Assembly: GCA_004431415.1 (NCBI GenBank)
Contig: QPMI01000104.1
Location: forward strand, 124,001 to 188,000
Length of the DNA: 64,000 bases
DNA from: Cyanophora paradoxa CCMP329
Lineage: Eukaryota > Plantae > Glaucophyta
Direction of reading: 5' to 3'
Below, piece by piece: positions 37,096-50,236 of the stretch. Numbering within the stretch: position 1 is the stretch's first letter; every line of letters begins with the position of its first letter. Position numbers and translations under genes: made by a program. The notes below the pieces were generated by a model. That model was not told the origin of the DNA, searched no databases, and worked only from the letters and a program-made list of their open reading frames with translations.

Positions 37096-39256
37096 TCAGG
37101 AACAGAGGTAGGCGCCCTTGAAGCATCTCTCGACGTCCATGGCGACCCTGCACGTGGGGCAGGGCGGGGCCGGCGGCGCCGCGCCGCCCCCCGGCCGCCG
37201 CGCCACATGTACGGCCACGTGGTCGTCGAAGCACGGGTCGCACAGGGTGATGTGCTTGCACGGCACGATGAGCACCGAGCTGGCGGGGGCGTGAGCGTGG
37301 GGTGGAGGCGAGGGCCGAAGGGGGGGCGGGCCGGGGCGCTGACCGGCGGCGGTCCATGCAGATGACGCAGCGCGTGTCCTGCAAGTCGCGCGTCGCCTCC
37401 GCCGCGCGCGCCTCCGCCAGCGCTGACGCGACGGCCACCGCCCCGCCGCCAGCCGCTCCTGCGCCCGCTGCAGCTCCGCCGCCGACAGGCCCGCGAGGGC
37501 GGCGGGGCCGACGGGCGCGCTGTCCGCCAGCCGCGCCCAAGCGCCGCCGCCCGCGCCTCCTGCGCGGCTGCGCGTGCCTCCGCCTGCCGAGCCTCCGCCA
37601 CGGCCTGCTCCGCCCACCCTCCGCCTGCCCGCCCGCGCATCCGCCTGCCGCGCTTCCGCCATGGCCTGCTCCACCCAGCCCTCCGCCCGTGCTGCTCTCG
37701 CCTCCGCTTGCTGCGCCTCCGCCACGGCTTGCTCCGCCCACCCTCCGCCTGCTGCGCCCGCGCCTCCGCTTGCCGTGCTTCCGCCATGGCCTGCTCCACC
37801 CAGCCCTCCGCCTGCTCCGCCCTGCGCTTCGCCTCCGCTGACTGCTTTTCCGCCTCCGCGGCGCGGCGCTCGGCCCGCTCGACGGCCGCCGCCGCCTCAT
37901 TCGCCACACGGTCCGCGGCGCTCGCCGCGGCCGCGGCCGCCCGCCGCGCCTCCGCCGCCGCAGCGCCAGGGCCCCTCGCCGAGCGCGGACGCCGGCGCGG
38001 GGCCCGCCGCCACCGCCGGCAGGGCTGCCGGAGCGCCCGAAGGGCCGCCAGCGGGAGGTGAGGAGCTCAAGCTTGCGGATGCAGGGCGGGCTCCGGTGGC
38101 GCTGCCGAACCGCTCCGCCGCAGGGTGGCCCAATAGGCCCGCTCCCTTTCGAGGGAAAAGACCGCCCTCACTCGATCTGAAGGAGCTACCAAAGCACCAC
38201 CGCTGCCAATGCCACTGCTGCTGCTGCTGCTGCTGCTGCCGCCGCCCCGCTGCTAGCGCCGCCACCGCCGCCGCTATGGCTGCTGCTGCTGCTCGACTGC
38301 GCTGGGGCTTCGGGCCCCGACGGGTCGGCCGCAGGGCCGCCAACAGCATGGGGCGACCCAGTGTCTGCAGGCGCCGAGGCGCGCCCCGCTGGCGCTGCAG
38401 AATCGCGCTCTATGGCGTTCCGGGGCGCCGGCCGGCGGGAGGCCCAAAATTCCGTCTCCTGCTCCAGAGAATGCCGGCTGCTGCTACCGAACCAGCTGCC
38501 CACTTGCGCTGCTCCCGTGCGCGGCCCCGGATCGGAGTGCCGCCCCGTTGAGCTGGATCCATCCTTCGTCGAGCGCAGGCCTCAGCATACGCGGACGCAC
38601 GAGCAGCCGGCCGGCGCACCGGTGCCGTACGCGTGGGGCGCCGGGGCTCGCTGGTCGCGGCCTCCTCGTCGCGCGCCTTCCGCTTCTTCTTCCTGCCTTG
38701 ATCGCAAGCAATTGCAAGAGGCTCATTGCCCTCCTCGAAACATCCAAGATCCTTGAGCCAGACGAGCTGCCGCAGCCGGCTCAAGCGCAGCGCGATGGCG
38801 GCAGCGGAAAGAATCACCTCTGACTGGCTTTTGTCGAACTTCACAGTTACGAGGCCGGTATCGCCTGATTTGCACTTCACTGTCCCCGTCTGACCTGCCG
38901 GCGCCACGTTCGTTTGGTGCATGCGGATCGCGCGCGCCGTTGAGCATCGTACCTGCACGAAAGCCGCGAAGGGCTATGACCCTATCGCCGAATCGCGAGG
39001 GCAACACAGCCTCGACGTCCTCCTCGGGCACCAGCACCTCAGATTCCTGTTGCGAGCGAAGAACGACTCGATTCAGTTCCACCAGGTTCAGGGAACGACT
39101 CGACGAGCTCGACGCGCATTCCAGACGCACCTCTGCGATGTCCACGATGCTCATGGCGCCGTTGATGCCCGTGCGGGCGACCCTCCCAGAGCGCCAACCG
39201 GACTCAGCGGTCCAGTACCGCACGAAGGTTCGCGGCGGCAGCTCGACGCGCGGCAT
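37096..39256 (-). CDS. Tandem KOW/SH3-like N-terminus + repetitive coiled coil + C-terminal C3HC4 RING (copy 1, frameshifted); possibly two genes
   Basis: RING: CVICMDRRR/SVLIVPCKHITLCDPC...CPTCR. KOW pair: VLVPEEDVEAVLPSRFGDRVIALRGFRAG/QTGTVK...GLVTVKFD. Confidence 0.65.
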
Positions 39257-39405
39257 CTGAGGCCGCGGGCTAAGGTGGCGATCGATCCGGAGGCTGCGGA
39301 GCTGTGCGTTGCGTTTGAACCAACTGGTTCCGGTTCGAATCCTGAGCTTGCCCTTCACCTCGCCCTTGACGGCAGCGAGGCGCGAGGCCTAAGCGCGCGT
39401 TGACG

Positions 39406-40599
39406 ATGAGTATGGCGGAGGTTACGTGCGGCCGCGGCGCCGGCCAGTTGCTTGGGCGCGCGTGTGCCGCCGCGGCAGGCTGGCGCAACCTACAGGAGGC
39501 CAGTACTAGTGCGAGTCTTCTCGTCGCAGGGTCAGGAGGATGACCGGCCGGAGCCGCGGCGGCCCGAGGAGCCCAGCGCGCACCAGGAGCCCAGCACGGC
39601 GTTTGATGCGCGGCCGATAGGAAGAAGACGCGCTTTCGCGGCGGCGTCCGCGGTCGCGGCGGCGTTTGCGGCGGCCGCGACGGCGGCGACCCCGCCAGCG
39701 GAGGTGCCCGCGCACCCCGAGACGGACTGGCCGATCGCCTCGCAACTGCAGTCCGCGGCGACCGCCGCGGAGATCTAGAGCGTCGCGCCGGCTCCCGAGG
39801 GCGATGCGGCGGACCCCGCGCGGCGGCTCCGGCCGCGCCGGCGCCGCCCGACAAGCAAGCGAAGAAGCCGGCGAGGAGGCGGGGCGTGCAGGCGGCCTCC
39901 TCGGCGCTCACGCCGATCGGCCCGCTCGGACAGGAGCCCACGATTGCTGAGGCGATCCTCTTCTCTCCCGCGCCGACCCCCACGCTCCTCGGTCGGCCCG
40001 GCGCCGCCCCGCGCACCGAAGCGTCGCCTGCCGGCTGCTGACTGCCGACTCGCGCCCCGAACCGCAGCGAACATGTTCGCCAGTGGAGTTGCTCGGCTGG
40101 TGGCCATCTCGGCCACGCACCCGATCGGCGCGCCGCACTCCCGCCCGCCCGCCCGCCGCCCAGCCCGCGACGACAGCTGACCGCTCCGGCGCAGACACTG
40201 TGAAGACCAAAGTGCAGACGAGCTGCGGCGAGCCGCGCCCCGCGCTGGAAACGCTGCGGGTCATCGTGAAGCAGCAAGGAGTCACGGGGCTCTACGCCGG
40301 CGAGTTCAACCCTAGTTCAACCCTGTACCCCTGCTCCCCAATCTGATCGTGTTCCCGGCAGGCCTCGACGGGACGATGATAGGGCAGGTGCCTTACTCGG
40401 CCGTCGCCTTCGGCATCTACGAGTTCCTGGTACCCCCCGAAGACCCCTCCGTACCCGTACCCCGTACCCCCTCTGGTAACACCCCTACCCCGCAGAAGGA
40501 GCTCCTGGTCCCGCAGCTTCCCCCCTCCCTCTTCGCGCACATCCTCTGCTACCTCGGTACCCCTTACCCCTCCTTCGCACATGTACCCCCGGTGGTCTG
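39406..40599 (+). pseudogene. MCF paralog C: degenerate, interrupted by a LINE (copy 1)
   Basis: Close paralog of B with 5' deletions and a 6-bp atctag insertion giving an in-frame stop at 39776-39778. It switches into poly-T at 40600 within an intron. Confidence 0.85.
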
Positions 40600-43500
40600 T
40601 TTTTTTTTTCAGTAATCCCTAGTGTATTAGGGACTGGTGCCCCAAGTTGACAAACAGCTAATGCTATCTGCCTACCCTAGGCCTAGGCCTACAAACACAC
40701 GACAAGTCTAGCTTACCTCCCCCTATTGGGTCTCCAGCTAGACTAACCCCGAGGAATCTCCCTACTGCGAGCCCTACCCCTAAGGCCACTCTTGCGGCCC
40801 TCGGTGGGCCTCCCCAGCGGCCGCGCGAGCGCGGCCATTGGGGGGTGGGTTGGGGTGGGGAGCTGGGGCCGGAGAGTTTATTGGGGCAGGGCCCGGAGGA
40901 TTTATTGCGCACCGCCTCTGCGGTGCGAGCGCCGCCGGGCGCGGGCCCCGGGGAGGGTTGGGCCCCCCATCCGGCGGCGGGTCCCGCCCTGCAGGCTGCC
41001 AGCGGCGTGGCAGCCTGCACCTGCGCGGGCGGGACCGGACCTGGCGCGGGCAGGCAGGCCACGCCCGAGGGCCTGCTCTCCTCCAGGAGTGGGCCTCTCA
41101 AGCGCGAGCGTGGCGTCAGCCCGGCGCGCGCGGGCAGGGAGTGCACACTTTGGGCTCAGGGTCTGTAGCCCAGCGGGGAGAGGCCGAAGATGAGGAGGGA
41201 CTGGATGAGGTCGCCGCGGTGGAGCAGGGGTGGTACCTTGGGGGCAGAGAAGGGGTACGGGGCTCGGTGGAGGCGGCGGTGACGGCCCAGGGGTGTAGGC
41301 AGAGGGACATCGGTCTGGGGCGGGAGTGCCTCGGGGTGGAGCTGGCGCGCGCGGCGGAAAACTCGAATGGGGCGGTGGTGCGGGACCGAGGGCGGTGCCG
41401 GCGGTGGTGGGGGCCCGGCGGCGGGGGCGCGGGGCTGGCGGGGCGGGGCCGGTCTTGCGGTTCGACGGGTGACGGCGGTGTGGGGGGTCAGAGAGGTTCA
41501 CCGAGGCGGGGGGTCCGGGGGGGCGGTCCTGTGGATCAGGGGCTGGGACAGCCGGACCTGCACGTCGGGCTCCGCGGTCTCCACGTGCAAGAAGATTGTT
41601 GCGGGCGGAGGTGAAGCCGGCCGAGTCACGGAGGGCGGCCAGCTCACGCTCGCGGCGCGTGAGGCGGCGGGTAGCGGGGCTGGCTGCGGGGAGGGGAGGA
41701 GGCTGGGGTGTGGGGGGAGGGGCTGGGGGGAAGGGGGGAGACGGGGCCGGGGGACGGTGGAGGGCCGGTCGGCGGGCGAGGGGAGGGGCCGGGGTGGCGG
41801 AGGTCCGCTGGGGCGGGGCGGCGGGAGTCCGGAGGGGAGGGGCAGTTGCGAGTCGGGCCGGGGAGAACGGGGAGAGACCGACCGCGGACCGGAAGTAGGA
41901 TTGGAGGGGGCGCATCGCCACGGTCGTCCCTCTGCCGCGGCCTTTGCCGCGGCCCTTACCGGGTCGAGCTGTGCCGGCACCTAGTCGGGAGGAAGGGCCT
42001 GTCGCCTCCGGTCGGCCTGTCGGAGGTGGGCGAGGCGAGGCGGGGGGCGGGCGGGCGTGGGGGGGCGGGGGTCCGGGCTCGCGGCGGCGGGGTGGAGCCG
42101 GAGCCGGAGGGGCTGGGGCGGACCTCTGGGCCGGTCCGGGTGCTGGGGCCGTTGGCTTGTGGCTAGGATTCGGGTGAGGATGAGGCTGCGCCAGTGGGCG
42201 CAGCACCGGCTGCTGCCATCGAAGGGCGAGTTGGGGTCCGTGAGCGCGTCTTCTTGGCCCGGACCAGGGCGTCTGCCAGGGCACAGACAATTACACCGCA
42301 GCTGAAGCGGTCCCGTTGTTCGGGATGGGTACCTGGTGGCCGATGCAAGCGGCCAGGCGGTGGGGTCGTCTGAGGGAGGTTGCGTTCCCGGCGCTCGAGC
42401 TGGAGCCAGCGGAGAATCGGGGCCAGCTTCTCTCGAGCCGACTCTGCGTTTGGCAGGTTGTAGGCATCATAGAGTTCGGCTCGACGGTCACGTACGTGGA
42501 TCGCAGCGAAGGTCCAGTGGCCCGGTGAGTGGATCGGGAAGAGCAGAACATCGAAGTCGAACGGGCTGACCCCGCGGGCTACCAGCTTGTTGTGAAGGCG
42601 CTGGGGCCTCGGCCTGGCGCGGAGAGGTTAGGGTACTCAAGCGAGTCAAAGATTAGTGGACGGCGGGCCAGGGCAGGGAGTTGGGCGAGGAGGGCGAGGT
42701 AGAAGACAACGGTCTCGTCGTCTAACCAGGTCTCACCATTGAGCCGACTGAGAGATCTCCTTGTGACGTTGATGCTGCCCGAGGTACCGAGCAGCGGCGA
42801 GGAGATCTGTCGGAGTACTTCCTGCGCAGGCTTTAGCGGGCCGGGTCGGGTCTGTGCCCACGCTAGGCGGACCTCTTCGGACGGCGGCAGGGGGGCCACG
42901 GGCTGGGCTGCGGCGGGTCGGGGCCGCGGGCAAGGGTGAGTGCCGGGCTCCTGCGGGTGAGGCGCTGGGGGCTCAGGGGGGTGGAGGGTTAAGCTGGGGG
43001 CTGAGCTCACGGGAGGGGCGTCCGATCGCGAGGTTGCTTTGAGGTTCGTGGGCGGGCTGTGCGGGCTGTCTGCGGCGACATTCATCAGGTCATGGGCGTC
43101 GGGCGGGGAGGGCGGGCAAGCTGGACGGTCTGTGCTCGACCGGCCTACTGCTGAGTGCGCATCGCGCGCTGGCGCTGCCGTCGGCTGGAGACGGGCGCGT
43201 TCCGGTACGCTTGGGGGTACCGGAATACTACTGACCAGCACTACGGGTGCGGGCTGCGGGTTCGGGTCCGGCTGAGGGCGTGTCTCCCGGCGCGGCGGCT
43301 TCTTCGGCGGGCCGCGGGTCTGTTGCTGGCGGGGTCGGGGCGCCGTCAGAGTCCGACGCGTGAGGCCACAGCGGCGCTGCCAGGCTTGGACGTCCGAGTT
43401 TCGCGCCTGCCAAATCTCCTGGAGCCCCGTCACAAGTACATCAAAGATCCGTTCGCGCATTTACGAGCAGCGGGGGCGCGAACATGAAGGTACTCGAGGG

Positions 43501-43793
43501 CCGGGACCAGACTGCGGGGAGGAGCAGCCGGACGGACAGGCGGGGCGAGTCGTGCGAGAGGTCGGTGAAAAGGGCCTGTCCGTGAGTCAGCCAGCGGGAG
43601 GGGGAGCCGTAGAGACAGGCACGGAGGTGGGGGGGTACAGGCCCGGGTCGCGAGCGTTCGTGCACGGTCTGACGCCAGCGGCGTTCGTCAGCGAGGGCGA
43701 AGGCGGGAAATAGGTCGCGGAGGAACAGGCCGTCCGACTTCAGGCCGTCCGGGAGCTCGTACCTCGTTGCGGCCGACTTTAGTCTCTGCGTGG
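40600..43793 (-). mobile_element. Non-LTR retrotransposon, 3' 3.2 kb (poly-A tail, Ulp1 protease region, IWxxRN motif)
   Basis: T10 at 40600-40609 is the poly-A on the minus strand. Near-identical to 53749-56969. ORF 42579-43460 carries EIWQARN and LSRLNGETWLDDETVVFY. Confidence 0.9.
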
Positions 43794-43930
43794 CAAATCG
43801 ACGTGCAAGCCGGTGGCGTCGAGGACCCGAGGTCCGTTCCGCGGCCGTCGGAGACGCGCTAGAAATGTGCTAGCACGCCTCTAGAAGCGCCCGCCGGCGT
43901 CGCACGGGGTCTGACGCATTCTGGCCGTAG

Positions 43931-45273
43931 ATGGTCGTGGGCAAACTCAAGGTCCTTGTCTGCGACGCCAACCTCCAGTTGAAGGAGCGTCGGACGGGCT
44001 TTCTCAATCTCAGCAAGCACAGGCACGAGCCGTGCGTCCGTATTCGATGTGGGCATACAGTCTCCTTCAAGACAAAAGCTTGGAAGAACGGGTCGAACAC
44101 GCCAGAATGGAATGAAGTGCGTCGCCTGCCGTCTAACGCGCCCGCTTTGAGTTCAGAGCTGATTGCCGCCTCGCCCCACGCAGGAGTTCATGTTCTTCGT
44201 CACAGAACGACAGCAACCTATACTAGAGGTTGATATCCTTGACACGAATCACTACGACGAGAACCTGGGCCGCTGCAAAATCCGCTTCGACAGGTGCAGC
44301 GTCCTCCGCAGCCAAGACCACTGTGCGCTCAACCATCCGCAGGATGGTCATGTACGCGCGTCAGGGAGAGACAGTGGATCGCTGGTATCACCTCAAGCGG
44401 GACACGGGCAAGAACAAGCCCGAGCAGGCGGGCCAGGTCCACCTGAAGGTCGGCCGCTCCTCCGCTGCTGCCCCTGCGGCGCCCGCAGACGCCCCGAGAC
44501 CAGGTCACCATCGAATTCGACCCCGCGTACCTCGCTCGGGAGGCGATGATGGTGGAAGCCGAGAAGTCCGGCGGGCAGCCGGCAGATCCCGGCGCACAGC
44601 GCTTCCGTGCGCACAGCCGCCGCGGCGAGCGCTGCTTTCGTTTCTCTTTGCTGATTCCGCCCGCGCAGCGTACAATCCCTCCGAGGAGCAGTCGCCGTTC
44701 CCGGACCAGCGGGCGGGCCCCGGCCCCTCCGGCTCCTCTGCATCGCTGGGCGTCCCGGGGCAGGACCGGCAGCCCTCGAACGAGGACTTCAGCGAGGGCC
44801 GGACCGAGTACGTGCCCGACGCGGCGCCCTCGGAGGTTGGCGAGGACATGTCCCGGCTCTCCATCAATCCGGACCAAGCCCGCGACGAGCCGCCCCCGCC
44901 CGGCCCCGCCGTCAACTACACGTGGGAGTACAAGGTTCCCGCCCGCCCGCCCCCCCGCCCCCCCCCATCCGGGCCGCCCGCCCGCCCGCCCGCGACGCCC
45001 CCCACCCTCTCCGCAGTGGCAACTCGAATCGACCGAGGTCTTCGGCCTTACTCGACGGCGGACATGCTCTCCTGGAAGGACCAGGCGAGCCCCAGTTTTT
45101 CCTTCCTTTCTTCTTCCTCTTTCTTCCCTGATGGGCGGGCCGGCGGGCAGGGTTACTTTACTGGGGACATGGTGGCCTGGGTTCGCCTCATCCCCGAGAA
45201 CGGCGCGCCGCAGACGGGCGAGAACGAGGGCTTCGTCATGTCGGACACTGTCAACTTCGAGCTGTACCAGTGA
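43931..45273 (+). CDS. C2 + GYF domain protein (copy 2)
   Basis: Near-identical to 30774-32120, with a 1-bp loss in the GYF exon (ttcggcc versus ttcgggcc). Confidence 0.8.
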
Positions 45274-45833
45274 TTTCCTGACTGCATCGCCGGTAGCGCG
45301 CGGGCCCGGGGGTCCACGGCCCTCGGGCCGCCGCCGCGCGTTCTAGTAGTAGGTAGTTCTCCGCATCCTTTTTGCAAAGTTACAAGTCTAGCCCGTCCAG
45401 CAGAGCCAGCGAGCTCGAGGCGATATTCTAGCAGGCGTACAGACCGGCGAGGCTTGATTTTAAGAAGAAACCATACATTACGTGTCCGATGTCAATGCGC
45501 CCGCCGGCGCGGGAAGCAGCCGATGCAAGCCCATGCGCTCTAAAGTGGAAGCGAAAGCATTCGAAAGAAAAACATGCACAGGCACGAAATCTGCAAAGAA
45601 TCTGAAGGCCGAATTGAACCGCAACCGATAGACTGCGATTTCGCAGTTGCTACGTAGACAGCAAATTAAAATCAGAGCAAATAAAAGCAGAGTACGAAGG
45701 CGAATGGTCAGCTGCAGGCCAGCGCGCTCGCGCCAAGCCTTGAAGCTAGCAGCGAAAGCGAATTATATGATTGAACCTGACCCAGGCAGCGAAAAGGAGC
45801 GAAACCCGGCAACTAAGCGAACTGAAAGAAAAG

Positions 45834-47648
45834 CTACGGGGAGAGGAGGGCCCGCATGCCCTCGTAAACTGTAAAGAAGATGGAGGACATGGGGCGATGA
45901 CGAGGACGCGCGGGCCGAGCCCCGCAGCAGCGCCCCGGGCCTCCTCCGCCGCGATCCGAATTAGAGCCTCGGCCGGGCTCCCGTAGGGCGCGGGGGCGCG
46001 TCCGCCGCGCTCTGGCCGGCGACCGGTGTGGGGGCGGGCCCTTCTGTCCTGCGCCATGATGCGCGTCTGCGGTCCGCAGTCAGGGATCGAGAGGGGTACG
46101 CGATCAAGAATTCAAATTTAGATTCGAGTGCCTTGGCAACGTCCAGCGGGGTGGTCATCGCCGCGGCGATGGCGCCGGCTATCATCCGAGGAGCAGCGAG
46201 TTCTCGTGCGCGAAGGCAAGCGCCGGCGCCGCCTTCAGGAGCTCGAAGGACGTCACTTGGATGGCGCGGAAGGGTACGTCGCGGAAGACCTGGGAGAAGA
46301 GCACGGGTTCGAATACGGGCGGAGAACGTTTCGGGCGGGGGGGGGGGGGGGGGGGGAAGCACCTGGATGCCGTACCCCTGATAGAGACCCAGCACCCTTC
46401 AGACGCGAGGATCGAGCGAACCGCCTCTCCCGCCGACTTGTAAATACCCGTCTGTGAGGAGGAGGGGGTACGTGAGAACGCGGTCGGGAAGCGGTACAGC
46501 GATTCAAGCCGCTACCTGCAGCTCGTCTTCACGACCTCGCTGGTACGACGATCACGCTCCCGTCAGATCTCCCAAGGAGCCACAGACTGCTGGGAGATGA
46601 GGGTACTGGGCCATGGGGGGGGGGTACGGGCACGCACGGAGGAGGCAGGGGACTTGGAGTGCGGCCGGGCAGATGGGGAGGAGGGCGGATTTCTGCAAGG
46701 GGGTCAAGGCGCGGGGGCGGCCCGGGAGGGTACAGGCACACACCAGGGTCTCGTAGACGGAAAAGGCAATGGCGGAGTATGGAACCTGTCCGATCATCGC
46801 GCCGTCGAGGCCTGCGAGGGGGTACGCCTTCAAGAAAGGTCGCCCGGGTGGCCAAAGACGCCAGGCCGCGGCCGACCTGCGTACAGGCCGCCGACGCCGC
46901 TCTCGCTCAGGACGCGCCGTAGCGCGTCTACGGCCGAGCGGCCGGAACGGCTCGCCTGAACTTTCGTCTTCACTGTGTCTGCGGCGTACCCGGCTGGCTC
47001 GGGCTCGCCCGCGGCCCGCGCGGCAGCGCGCGGCTCACCGATTGGGTGGACAGCGCTGACGGCCAGCGCCCGCGCCGTCGCAGAGGCTATCATGTTTCCT
47101 GATTGAAAGATATGAGGGGAGGCGACGAGTAGAAGCACAGCGGCGACGTCCCACGCGCCCGCGCGCCCGCGCGCGGTCTATATCTAGAACTAGGGAAGAT
47201 TGCGGCCAGGCGCTGGATTGGGGAGCAGATCTAGCTTGCGCGCGATCAGCGGCCACGGCTGCCGCGGTCGAGAGACACGAAACCCGGTGCGAGGCACAGA
47301 CGTACGTCGAGCGCGCGCACCGACAAACGTCGGGTGCGGCTCGACGGGAGGGTGCGGGACTGCCGGATTCGCCCCCGCATCCGCAGGCCCGAACGACAGG
47401 GCCGACGCGGCTGCCGCGGCGCTCGCTGCAGATAGGAAGAGGCGCCGCCGCGAGACCGGCTGCTCCTCCGTGCGCGTCGTGCTGCCGGTCCCCGCTTCTG
47501 ATCTGACGGCCGGTTCGGGCGCACGGCTAGCTGGCCGGCGGGTCCGAATTCGAACGCGGAGACGCTGCTCCAACGAACCAGTGAAGAGCTCGCGCGCCTG
47601 GAGCTTGCCGGCAGCCGGAGCTGGAGCGGAGAACGCCACGGGCGCCAT
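45834..47648 (-). CDS. MCF paralog A (copy 2; many 1-bp deletions)
   Basis: Collinear with 32683-34525 but about 28 bp shorter through scattered single-base losses. Confidence 0.75.
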
Positions 47649-47811
47649 GATGCGACGGACACGGCTGAGCGTGCACCGCGCTAGCTACCTGGGCTGCTCA
47701 GGAAGTGCGCGGAAAGCGGCCAGTCAATTGGCGTCGTACCCCCACCGCATCAAGCACTGGACGGCCGCGCGTGGACGAGCCTCGGCGGAGCGCCATCGGC
47801 GCGCCTTGACG

Positions 47812-49948
47812 ATGAGCACGTTCGTGGGCGGCTGTGTGCCTGCCCAGCTGGGGTCACGTGCGGGCGCGGCCAGTTTCTTGGGCGCGCGTGTGCCGCCGCA
47901 GCCGGCCAGCCAGGCAGCGCGGGCTCAGCGCGGCGCAACCTACAGGAGGCCAGTACGCATCCTCGCGTCGCACGGGCAGGAGGATGACCGCCCGGAGCCG
48001 CGCCGACCCGAGGAGCCCAACGCGCCCCAAGAGCCCAGCACGGCGTTCGAAGGGCGGCCGATAGGAAGAAGACGCGCTTTCGCGGCGGCGTCCGCGGTCG
48101 CGGCGGCGTTTGCGGCGGCCGCGACGGCGGCGACCCCGCCAGCGGACGTGCCCGCGCACCCCGAGACGGACTGGCCGATCGCTTCGCAACTGCAGTCCGC
48201 GGCGACGGCCGCGGAGAGCGTTGCGCCGGCGCCCGAGGGCGACGCGGCGGACCCCGCGGCGGCCCCGGCCGCGCCGGCGCCGCCCGACAAGCAAGCGAAG
48301 AAGCCGCCGAGGAGGCGGGGCGTGCAGGCGGCCTCCTCGGCGCTCACGCCGATCGGCCCGCTCGGGCAGGAGCCGACGATCGCTGAGGCGATCCTCTTCT
48401 CTCCCGCGCCGACCCCCACGCTCCTCGGTCGGCGCGGCGCCGCCCCGCGTCCGAAGCATCGCCTGCCCGGCGGCCGACTGCTGACTCGCGCCCCGAACCG
48501 CAGCGAACATGTTCGCCAGTGGAGTTGCTCGGCTGGTGGCCATCTCGGCCACGCACCCGATCGGCGCGCCGCTCTCCCGCCCGCCCGCCCGCCGCCCAGC
48601 CCGCGACGACAGCTGACCGCTCCGGCGCAGACACTGTGAAGACCAAAGTGCAGACGAGCCGCGGCGAGCCGCGCCCCGCGCTGGAAACGCTGCGGCTCAT
48701 CGTGAAGCAGCAAGGAGTCACGGGGCTCTACGCCGGCGAGTTCAATCCAGTACCCCTGAGCCTCGAGGTCCCCCCATCTGATACTGTACCCGGCAGGCCT
48801 CGACGGGACGATGATAGGGCAGGTGCCTTACTCGGCCGTCGCCTTCGGCATCTACGAGTTCCTGGTACCCCCCCAGCCCGACATCCCTCCGTACCCGTAC
48901 CCCGTACCCCGTTTGGTAACCCGTGCCCCGCAGAAGGAGCTCCTGGTCCCGCAACTTCCCCCCTCCCTCTTCGCGCACATCCTCTGCTACCTCGGTACCC
49001 CCTTACCCCATCAATCGCACCCGTAACCCCGGTGGTCTGACCCCGTACCCCCGCCCCGCAGTCTGCGGCTCGCTGGGAGACCTCACCGGCTCGCTCATCG
49101 TCGTACCCAGCGAGGTCGTGAAGACGAGGCTGCAGGTAGCGGCTTGGATCGCTCTACCCCCTCCCGCCTGCGTTCTCACGTACACCCCCCCCCCTTCGTC
49201 AGGCGGGTACGTACGCAACGGCGAAGGAGGCGATCGATTCGATCCTGGAAGATACAGGATTCCGGGGCTTTTACGCCGGCTACTCCTCCCAGGTAGCCCC
49301 CCTCTCGCCCCCCCCCCCCCCCCCCCCCTCCCCGCTGCTTAACCCCTTCTGACCACGTCCCCGCAGCTCATTCGGGACGTGCCCTTCCGCGCCATCCAGG
49401 TACCCCCGCTCCCTTGCCTCTTCGTTTTTACAGTACCCCAGCCCTTTACAACCTGTACCCCCAGGCGACGGTCTTCGAGCTGCTGCGCCTCGCGCCCTCG
49501 CTGTGCGACAACATCCTCGCGATGGGTATGATCGCCGGGGCCGTCGCGGCCGCCCTCACTACCCCCCTGGACGTCGTCAAGGCGCGCCGCTGTACCCCTC
49601 CCGCGCAATTCGATCGATATCGGTCCGAGCTGATTTGATCCGGGCGGCCGTGGCAGACGCGCCTTATGGCACAGGACCCGCACGCGGCGCCGCCCACGCC
49701 GGCGCCCGACGGCGCCCCGCGGGACCCGGCCCCCTACCGTGGACCCATCAACGTCCGCCCGCCCGAGCCCGCCCGCCCGGGCTCATCTGAGCTTCGTTCG
49801 CTTCGGGCAGGCGCTGGTCCGGATCGCCGGGGAGGAGGGCCCCGGGGCGCTGCTGCGGGGGCTCGGCCCGCGCGTCCTCGTCATCGCCCCCATGTCCTCC
49901 ATCTTCTTCGCCGTCTACGAGGCCATGCGCGCCCTCCTCTCTGCCTGA
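47812..49948 (+). CDS. MCF paralog B (copy 2)
   Basis: Collinear with 34688-36807. The leader reads largely in one frame here. Confidence 0.88.
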
Positions 49949-50236
49949 GCTGCGGCCTGAGATCATCGGACTTGGAGGGGCCTGATCATGACCGGCACCG
50001 GCCGCGGCTCGCGCTGCTGGCTGCCCTAGTTCTCCCAGGCCTAGCTCTCGAGAGCTCGTGCCACCCCGTGTCCGTGCGATTGTACCATACGCTGTTAGAT
50101 TAACTGTACCATCATGTGCTAGCGCAGTCCCTGTGCGTACAAGGCTGCTTCGAACTTCGGAATGCAAAGCTACGAGACTGTAGTTCAGGCCACGCAAAAG
50201 GGGAAAAGGAGAAGGGGGTGTGGAAGGAAGGGGGCG

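Larger units (their letters stand above)
30636..43793. repeat. Tandem segmental duplication, unit 1 (~13.16 kb)
   Basis: Sequence from 30636 (gcaaatcgacgtgcaagcc...) recurs from 43793. Equivalent ORFs are offset by about 13120-13180 bp throughout. Confidence 0.95.

Noticed and set aside
38186-38503. 'MGSWFG' N-myristoylation start for the RING protein
   Set aside because: The first codon is GTG, not ATG, and the frame is probably entered by splicing.
41890-41915. PIP-box-like MRPLQSYF in the LINE 3' region
   Set aside because: It lacks the conserved Gln, and the reading frame there cannot be established through the frameshifts.
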